From assembly GCF_000979455.1 (NCBI RefSeq), contig NZ_JJOY01000052.1, forward strand, positions 1-40,000: a DNA stretch of 40,000 bases, given 5' to 3'. The DNA is from Methanosarcina sp. 2.H.T.1A.6. Its GTDB lineage: Archaea; Halobacteriota; Methanosarcinia; Methanosarcinales; Methanosarcinaceae. The first letter of the stretch is position 1. Each line of letters begins with the position of its first letter. Position numbers and translations under genes: made by a program. Shown piece by piece: positions 8,313-14,711 of this stretch. A model generated the notes under the pieces. It had not been told where the DNA came from. It did not search any database and was given only the letters and a program-made list of their open reading frames with translations.

Positions 8313-9203
8313 ATGAAAAAGAAAGAGTATGATTTTGACACTGAAGTAAAGCGATATCTTACGCAAAAAGGGTATGCAAGAAGGCGGCAACTCATAAAAG
8401 ACCTCATGGAAATACATAAAAATGAACTTGGATATAGCCTCAAAAGTATAAACCGTAAATTAGACAAACTAAAGAATCAAGGTATGATTATACGGCTGGA
8501 GTATTCCGATTTTGGGAAATTAGGAATAGAGGATACTGATAAAAACGCCAGTTATCTTACCTTGAAAGATATATCCAAAATAACAGAGCATATGGATAAG
8601 ATCTTAGAACGGCTTGATTCAGAAGAGCCCATGAAGCAAAAAATGGCTTTAAAAGAGATTGCCCGTTATGAACAAACTTATGTTTTAACTCCTGTACAAC
8701 TGGATCTAGTTGTAGCTCAGTTTGATAAAAACATTGATAAAGGAAACATAGATGATGAGCTTGCTGATAAGTTATTGCTCTTGTTAGACAGATATATTTT
8801 GAAAAAAGATATTGAGCCAACGAATAAAGCAAAAACAATTGACTTGTTAGTAAAATTGCTAGATAAATATCCTGTCCCTGTTTCAACCCATGTAAACCTT
8901 AGAACTCACATCATCTATCTTCTTGGGCATTATGGGCATAAGGCTGTAATTGAAAGGTTTATGGAAGATGCAAGAACCCTACAGGATCCTTTTTCTGTAG
9001 AAAATGTTTACAATACAGAATACACAGCCAATCTTATTGAGGAACACAGAGAAGAACTTTACAAGCTAGAAGAAGAGCTAGCAATAGAAGGAAAAGAGTA
9101 TGCTTCACAGTTTGTTTCCAATATAAGAACTGATGCTCTAATTAATTTGGGTTTATATAAAAACCCTTATACTACAGGAAAGAAGGAGGATGATTCTTGG
9201 TGA
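8313..9203 (+). CDS. Winged-helix (MarR-like N-terminus) protein with helical-repeat C-terminus (casposon core)
   Basis: The start is chosen at MKKKEYDFDTE rather than the upstream alternative start in the ORF track. The N-terminal YARRRQLIKDLMEIHKNELGYSLKSINRKLDKLKNQGMIIRL looks like a wHTH. The stop overlaps the cas1 start, and a homolog lies at 18601-19485. Confidence 0.7.
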   Translation: MKKKEYDFDTEVKRYLTQKGYARRRQLIKDLMEIHKNELGYSLKSINRKLDKLKNQGMIIRLEYSDFGKLGIEDTDKNASYLTLKDISKITEHMDKILERLDSEEPMKQKMALKEIARYEQTYVLTPVQLDLVVAQFDKNIDKGNIDDELADKLLLLLDRYILKKDIEPTNKAKTIDLLVKLLDKYPVPVSTHVNLRTHIIYLLGHYGHKAVIERFMEDARTLQDPFSVENVYNTEYTANLIEEHREELYKLEEELAIEGKEYASQFVSNIRTDALINLGLYKNPYTTGKKEDDSW

Positions 9204-10417
9204 AGCTTCTTCTTTTGAATGGTCACGGCATAAATATGCACGTTGATGGAGCCAAGCTTCATATTAAGGATGGAAGGTTTTCAACTACTGAAGAGCCTCA
9301 AGAATACATATTTGCTCCAAAAAGGATCGACATTTACAGCATTATCATTTATGGGAAAAGTGGAAACCTGACCTTAGAGGCTGTTAGATGGCTAATTAAG
9401 CACAATGTCCAGGTCACTATTCTCAACTGGAATGGAAAGCTCCTTACTACAATGCTTCCTCCTGAAAGTACCAATGTAAAAACAAAGTTTGCTCAGTATC
9501 ACGCTTTTGAGAATCAGGACGCAAGGCTTGAGATAGCAAAGAAAATTATTGAGGCTAAATTTGACAAGTCCAAGACTGTTCTTGATTTCCTGAGCCAAAG
9601 ATACCCTGAAATTAAATATGATATTTCGGATGAACTTACAAAGTTGAGAGATATAAAGAGCATCAGGGAGCTTATGGGTATAGAGGGAGGGTTAGCCTGG
9701 AAATACTGGAATGAGTTTTCAAAGGCGGTTCCAAAGGAATATGATTTTTGTTCCAGGATAGACCAGTACAGAAGACCTGTAGGGTCTGGGGATATGGTAA
9801 ACACTATGCTGAATTATGGCTATTCTCTTCTTGAATCTGAATGCCTGAGAGCCATTAATTCTGTGGGTCTGGATGTTCATGTAGGCTTTTTGCATGAAAT
9901 GGCCCCAAGTAAAAACAGTTTAGCCTATGACCTTCAGGAACCTTTCAGGTTCCTTGTGGATCTGGCAGTTATCAGCCTTGTTGAAAGTGGAGCTATGGAA
10001 ACTAAAGATTTCATAAGGACAGAGAATTACAATCTGAGGCTAAAGCCTAGTGGAGCCAGGAAGATTGTTAATGAGTTTTCCAATATGCTGAATAAAAAGG
10101 TAAGTTACCAGGGAAAGGAAAGCACCTGGAGTTATGTTATCTTTCTGAAAGTAAGGGAATTAGCCCATTATCTTACTAGCAAAAAGGAAAAACTGGATTT
10201 CGTTAAGCCTGAATATGAAATAGAGAGGATTGATTCTTATGTTATAAGGCAAAAGATTCTTAACATTTCTTATGTTGATTGGAAGAAATTAGGGTTTTCT
10301 AAAGGCACATTGCATTATATGAAGCAGAATGCAAAGTCAGATAAACCGTTTACTCTTAACAGCCATGTTCTGGACAGGGTGAATAAATGGGAAGCTCTTG
10401 TTTCAGGTCAAAAGTAA
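9197..10417 (+). CDS. cas1: Cas1-family casposase (solo Cas1; no cas2 or CRISPR array nearby)
   Basis: 406 aa with Cas1 catalytic-region motifs NYGYSLLESECLRAIN (E), HVGFLHEM (H) and AYDLQEPFRFLVD (E). AGGAGGA lies upstream of a TTG/GTG start. It is adjacent to polB and HNH within TIRs. Confidence 0.93.
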   Translation: MVKLLLLNGHGINMHVDGAKLHIKDGRFSTTEEPQEYIFAPKRIDIYSIIIYGKSGNLTLEAVRWLIKHNVQVTILNWNGKLLTTMLPPESTNVKTKFAQYHAFENQDARLEIAKKIIEAKFDKSKTVLDFLSQRYPEIKYDISDELTKLRDIKSIRELMGIEGGLAWKYWNEFSKAVPKEYDFCSRIDQYRRPVGSGDMVNTMLNYGYSLLESECLRAINSVGLDVHVGFLHEMAPSKNSLAYDLQEPFRFLVDLAVISLVESGAMETKDFIRTENYNLRLKPSGARKIVNEFSNMLNKKVSYQGKESTWSYVIFLKVRELAHYLTSKKEKLDFVKPEYEIERIDSYVIRQKILNISYVDWKKLGFSKGTLHYMKQNAKSDKPFTLNSHVLDRVNKWEALVSGQK

Positions 10418-10448
10418 AAATATGTATGTTTTTACTGAAAAGTGTAAA

Positions 10449-10595
10449 ATTGTAAATTTTACAGTAAAATAGTAAAACGGTATCAAGAGAAATTGTAAAT
10501 TTTACAGTAAAATTGTAAAACGATATCAAGGGAAATTGTAAATTTCACCTGTAAAATTGTAAAACGGTATCAATAAGGATTGTAACAAGTAAATT
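10449..10595. repeat. 43-44-bp tandem repeat, about 3.4 copies, immediately downstream of cas1 (iteron-like)
   Basis: Units at 10449-10491, 10492-10534 and 10535-10578, with a partial unit at 10579-10595. The consensus is ATTGTAAATTTTACAGTAAAATWGTAAAACGGTATCAAGRGAA. Each unit contains the palindrome TGTAAA(T)TTTACA. Confidence 0.9.
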
Positions 10596-11241
10596 AGATT
10601 TTGTATCTCTTTGTAAAATTCTGTGATATAGTTCAAAATCAAGTAATTTTTGATATGTCTATATTAGAATTTGGAGCTTAAAAGTATCATTTATCATACC
10701 ACCTTCTGGTTAATGTTACTCTGCTATATTCCTTAGCGCTATCTGGAATCTGATATATACCCTGTGAGTAAATATTCGTTTCCTTCTCTTCATTTGTAAC
10801 AAGATAATTATTGAATCTATCCTGAGCTTTTTTATCTGCCATGGGAAAACCAGGAAAGAGATATAAAATTAATAATATTAAGCTATAGGTTTACCTGCCG
10901 AAGGCAGGATATAAGATAATATTTAGTATCCTCTTCAAATTCAAGGGGGAATTTTCTACCCCGAAAAATATACAATAATTTTGTCATACATTTATGAAGT
11001 TGATTGTGTCTCCCAAGTATGTTTTTTATACCTGGCTAAATTTTTAATTTTCCAGCAAATCTGTGAAACTTATTTTTCCCCATACAATTTGAAGAGGATA
11101 CAATATTTACTCATATCTTTTCTTATAGTTTTACATTGGAACTTCTTGCGGCATCTATGATCTTATATATTTTATGGCCAGAACATCAAACAATCAAAAT
11201 TAGAAAATAATTATAGACATTAAAATGATTCCAAAAAAAGA

Positions 11242-11541
11242 TTAATTTAAGACATTTGCCGTAAAATTTATAAATACATTGCCAAAGATGATCATATGAA
11301 GTTCAAATCTACTTTTCAGATTATCTGAACTCCACAAAATATCTCTAAGATGTATATCAAGAAGCACAATTATGTTAGCTTTGCGTTTAAGACTTAGCTT
11401 TAATGATTCTGCTTCTTGATAAATAACTCGCGCATCGATCTCAAATAACTCCATTATTTTGTGAATATGATTCAGAATTACAGAAAATAATAGAGGTAAA
11501 AATATGAAATTAAAGATACTTCTAGTACTCCTACTAATCAA
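11242..11541 (-). CDS. Hypothetical small protein (doubtful)
   Basis: 99-aa ORF whose 5' end overlaps the start of the 461-aa gene on the other strand. An internal start (MELFEIDARV...) is possible. No recognisable motifs. Confidence 0.25.
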   Translation of the reverse strand: MISRSTRSIFNFIFLPLLFSVILNHIHKIMELFEIDARVIYQEAESLKLSLKRKANIIVLLDIHLRDILWSSDNLKSRFELHMIIFGNVFINFTANVLN

Positions 11542-12889
11542 TATGATAGGATTAGGAGCAGCAGTAGAGGAAGATGAAGATCAAAATTACAATATTGACC
11601 TATATTCCGGAAAAGTTTCAACGCCAGAAGAACTAATTGCAATTTTTGGAAATAGTACTCCAATATTACCTGACGACTGGTTTGAAAAATGCGAAGAAGA
11701 ACGGGAAAAACTCAGAATAGAAATTGAAAAAGATGAAAAAGAAAATTTAATTAAAAAACCACTTACACCTGAAAAAATAGCTCAAATAAATGCTAATGCT
11801 CCAGAAGGAATGTTCTTAATAAGTGGGATCGAAGATGTTTCGGTAAAAAGTAATTCGCCTGAAAATGTCACAATCAAGGATGATAAAATAGTTATGGTTT
11901 GGTCAACTTCAAAAAATAAGGCAATATCTGACTCTTCCGAATACTCTATAAAGACAGTGGTACCAAATGTTGTTGTTACGGGTGCTACTTGTGACTGGAG
12001 ATGGATTCAGAATGAATCTGCAGCCAATCAAATTACAATAAAAAATTATGGCACAGTTGCTGCTAATGGATTTGTTATGCTTTATTCTTATGAAGATTCG
12101 AATGGCTGGGCAAGAAATTACGTAAACCTTTTACCAGGTGAAGAAGTTACAATTTCCCTTCCATTTTATGTAGATCCTGATTTATTCACAACTGTGGGTA
12201 GCAAGTCAATAACTATAAGAAATTACGTTGTGGTCAATTCAAGCGTTTATTTAACAAGTGCTCCAACCGTCAGTGCACCCTTTGTTGAAGTCTACAATAA
12301 TAATGTAGGGTATCTTGAAGACCCTGATAATGGCAGAAATTTGCAACTGACTGACCTCCATCATCATAACGAATATGAAATATCTGTATTAGCAGCTCAA
12401 GCTGGAGATAATACATCTACTCCTTATACTACAGGACGTAAAATTGTTCTATATGTTGATGGTGTAATGGAATACAATATATCTGCATTAGACCCAACAT
12501 TAACTGGATCAGATGATTGGATAATTGAGAATGGTTATGAAGGAATATGCGATGAATTTTCTGTATTAAATAGTGATTTTGCAAGAGCTTTAGGTGTACC
12601 AGCAAGGACTATTGCATGTAATTTAGTGGAACCCGGAGAACCTACTATATCTCATCAATTTAATGAGATATGGGATGGAAGCCGTTGGGTTCACTCAGAT
12701 GCAACAGGAGCATATGATAATCCTCATGTTTATAACAATGATAATAAGGCTGTTGATTATACGCACCTGGCTTATGATTCAGATGACAGCAGGAGTAGTG
12801 TTGACGGTCCAGATGGAGATGGTATTTTGCATGGTGTATTTGATTCTATCTTCACCTATACCCCTGAATTAGAGTTAATTTACAATTGA
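11504..12889 (+). CDS. Secreted transglutaminase-like (Cys-His-Asp papain-fold) protein, casposon X cargo
   Basis: N-terminal signal-like MKLKILLVLLLINMIGLGAA. The transglutaminase-core pattern is YEGICDEFSVLNSDFARALGVPARTIAC (Cys) and ISHQFNEIWDGSRWVHSDATG (His, Asp). Confidence 0.75.
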   Translation: MKLKILLVLLLINMIGLGAAVEEDEDQNYNIDLYSGKVSTPEELIAIFGNSTPILPDDWFEKCEEEREKLRIEIEKDEKENLIKKPLTPEKIAQINANAPEGMFLISGIEDVSVKSNSPENVTIKDDKIVMVWSTSKNKAISDSSEYSIKTVVPNVVVTGATCDWRWIQNESAANQITIKNYGTVAANGFVMLYSYEDSNGWARNYVNLLPGEEVTISLPFYVDPDLFTTVGSKSITIRNYVVVNSSVYLTSAPTVSAPFVEVYNNNVGYLEDPDNGRNLQLTDLHHHNEYEISVLAAQAGDNTSTPYTTGRKIVLYVDGVMEYNISALDPTLTGSDDWIIENGYEGICDEFSVLNSDFARALGVPARTIACNLVEPGEPTISHQFNEIWDGSRWVHSDATGAYDNPHVYNNDNKAVDYTHLAYDSDDSRSSVDGPDGDGILHGVFDSIFTYTPELELIYN

Positions 12890-13225
12890 GGGGTGCAATA
12901 CTCCTTTTTTTATATAAAGAAGCATGAACGTCCAGGTCTTTAGCTTAGGGACAGTTCACATATACTTATAATATATGTCACGTTTATTTTTTAACTTCTC
13001 TTATTTTTTAACAATTAACTAAAAACATTTAATGAGTTGTGCCTATTAATTTACTGCTACGTTCAAAGTTCAACGTTCTAAAAATCCATCTGAATTCTCA
13101 AGCTTCGTCCTTCCTCGAACTTGGTCCTATTTTTGATGCATTATTATTACTCTCACCCAACTAACTATTTATTTATATTAACTTATTAAATCAAAAATTG
13201 TAGAAAAAGAGTTTTTTAGTTGAGG

Positions 13226-13300
13226 CAACTTTTGAAAATAAAACGGTTGTGCAAATTCCTTACAAAACAGCGTTGCGTTTTTTTGAGTTACCTATATCCC
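13226..13300. repeat. Right terminal inverted repeat of casposon X
   Basis: CAACTTTTGAAAATAAAACGGTTGTGCAAATTCCTTACAAAACAGCGTTGCGTTTTTTTGAGTTACCTATATCCC is the reverse complement of 3007-3078 apart from a variable central segment. Confidence 0.85.
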
Positions 13301-13314
13301 ATAACTTTAGTGCG
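13301..13314. repeat. Target-site duplication of casposon Y, left copy (ATAACTTTAGTGCG)
   Basis: Identical 14-mer at 23077-23090, directly flanking the two Y TIR tips. Confidence 0.85.
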
Positions 13315-13385
13315 GGGATATAGGTATCTCAAAAAAAGTGTACGCTACTGAAAAATTTCTACAGTACCCATTTTTCAAAAGTTGA
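13315..13385. repeat. Left terminal inverted repeat of casposon Y (outer)
   Basis: GGGATATAGGTATCTCAAAAAAAGTGTACGCTACTGAAAAATTTCTACAGTACCCATTTTTCAAAAGTTGAC matches the reverse complement of 23007-23076. Confidence 0.85.
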
Positions 13386-13425
13386 CACGCTTAAACATAA
13401 ATAGTTTTTATAAATCAAGTTTAAT

Positions 13426-13491
13426 AAAAAGAGTACGTTTTTTTGAGATAATGAGCAAACACTAATCTTTGAAAGTTGCCCTAACCAAAAT
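13426..13491. repeat. Second, inner TIR-like module at the left end of Y
   Basis: AAAAAGAGTACGTTTTTTTGAGATAATGAGCAAACACTAATCTTTGAAAGTTGCCCTAACCAAAAT matches the reverse complement of 22893-22975 (best over TTGAAARTTKGCCCTAACCAAAAT). Confidence 0.6.
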
Positions 13492-13622
13492 TAATTCATA
13501 TTTTTATAATTGTGTCTAAAAATAAGACCAGTTTTATACTTAAGTGTGAGATATATTGTTATAAAACCTTAATGATTTAAAAATAAAAAATAGTTTTATG
13601 GAAAGCTCTTTAACAAATCTCG

Positions 13623-14609
13623 TTATTCTTTTAAATATATTCTTTCTATTTCATATATCGATTTCCATTGGAAATTTATATCTGTTTTGTCTTTAAATAT
13701 TACAAAATTATCTCCGCCTTTACGACCATATCTACTTCTATATTTAATGCCTTGAAAACCAGCACAAAGAGCACAATCTGCGAGGAAACGAGTAAAAACA
13801 TATTCAGGTCTATCCCATTCTCTACTTTTTGGAGTATTATATATTAATGACGAACAAATAAGGGTTTTATATAATTCGTTGTCAAGTTTGCAACCCTCTA
13901 GGTCTGTTAAATCTAATATTTTTAAAGGCTTCAAGAAATTGATTTCTGCCATACAAACTGGGTATTTTTCATTTGATCTCACTTCACTACAACTGACATC
14001 TTCTGTTGTAGCCACATATAAGAATCCATACCCTGTATGATTGAATCTACCTTCTGTCGCTTTATTATCTGGAACAGCCCCTAATTCATCACAAGAATAA
14101 AGACTGCCAGTTTCAGCTAATTTTCTACATCTATATAAATTAAAGTCGAAGATTAATTCAGAGGTTTCTTTTGATATTTCTTTGATTAATTCATATATCT
14201 TTTCAGCAAATGGATGTGATAAAAGCATAAAAGGAGTTTTTTTAGCTATTTCAGCAATATCATTAATCTCCTCTGAAAATTCACCAAGATCTATTGTTAA
14301 AATATAAGGCCAAATATAAGAATTAGATTTTAAGCTACTTCCACAATATGGGCAGGTTATTTCTTCTACAAACCCCTTGAATTCTGAAAAAGAATAGACA
14401 TCTACTAAATGTGATCCTGAATAAAAAGAATCTAAACTAGTACTTAAAAACTGCTCGTCCAATAAGTTAATTCCGGCCCATTTAATCTGAAAATCATCGA
14501 CACAAGATTCACATAAAAAGAAGTCTGTATCGAACCACTTTTCAAAATAATGCCAGAATAACTCTATAAAACAATCCAATCTGATTAGATCAACCATTTC
14601 TTGCACCAA
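13623..14609 (-). CDS. RES-domain protein (NAD-targeting toxin family) with N-terminal Cys-rich (zinc-ribbon-like) extension; casposon Y cargo
   Basis: The C-terminal half follows the RES-domain pattern: LYRCRKL (R), TEGRFNHTGYGFLYVATTEDVSCSEVR (E), LKILDLTD, GFQGIKYRSRYGRKGGDNFVIF (S). The N-terminal part has CESC...CPYC. No Xre-like partner ORF is adjacent. Confidence 0.7.
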   Translation of the reverse strand: MVQEMVDLIRLDCFIELFWHYFEKWFDTDFFLCESCVDDFQIKWAGINLLDEQFLSTSLDSFYSGSHLVDVYSFSEFKGFVEEITCPYCGSSLKSNSYIWPYILTIDLGEFSEEINDIAEIAKKTPFMLLSHPFAEKIYELIKEISKETSELIFDFNLYRCRKLAETGSLYSCDELGAVPDNKATEGRFNHTGYGFLYVATTEDVSCSEVRSNEKYPVCMAEINFLKPLKILDLTDLEGCKLDNELYKTLICSSLIYNTPKSREWDRPEYVFTRFLADCALCAGFQGIKYRSRYGRKGGDNFVIFKDKTDINFQWKSIYEIERIYLKE

Positions 14610-14711
14610 TTGAAAGATATATCCATCTTACTAATATTTTAAAATTTGTTCTCAATCTCTTGATGAATAAAAACCCTAATTGTTTCAAAGTTCGGAATAG
14701 TTCATTATCCT

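Larger units (their letters stand above)
3007..13300 (-). mobile_element. Casposon X (family-2-like organisation); decaying copy with intact cas1
   Basis: Bounded by ~70-bp TIRs. It contains polB (frameshifted), HNH, ORF212 (premature TGA), RHH, wHTH, cas1, 43-bp tandem repeats and cargo genes. It is collinear with 13315-23076 except at the two cargo ends. Confidence 0.85.

Noticed and set aside
10449-10595. Possible CRISPR array next to cas1 (also 20731-20875)
   Set aside because: The whole 43-bp unit repeats head to tail with no unique spacers. There is no cas2 or effector gene, and the cas1 sits with polB inside TIRs. It is an iteron-like tandem repeat, not a CRISPR array.
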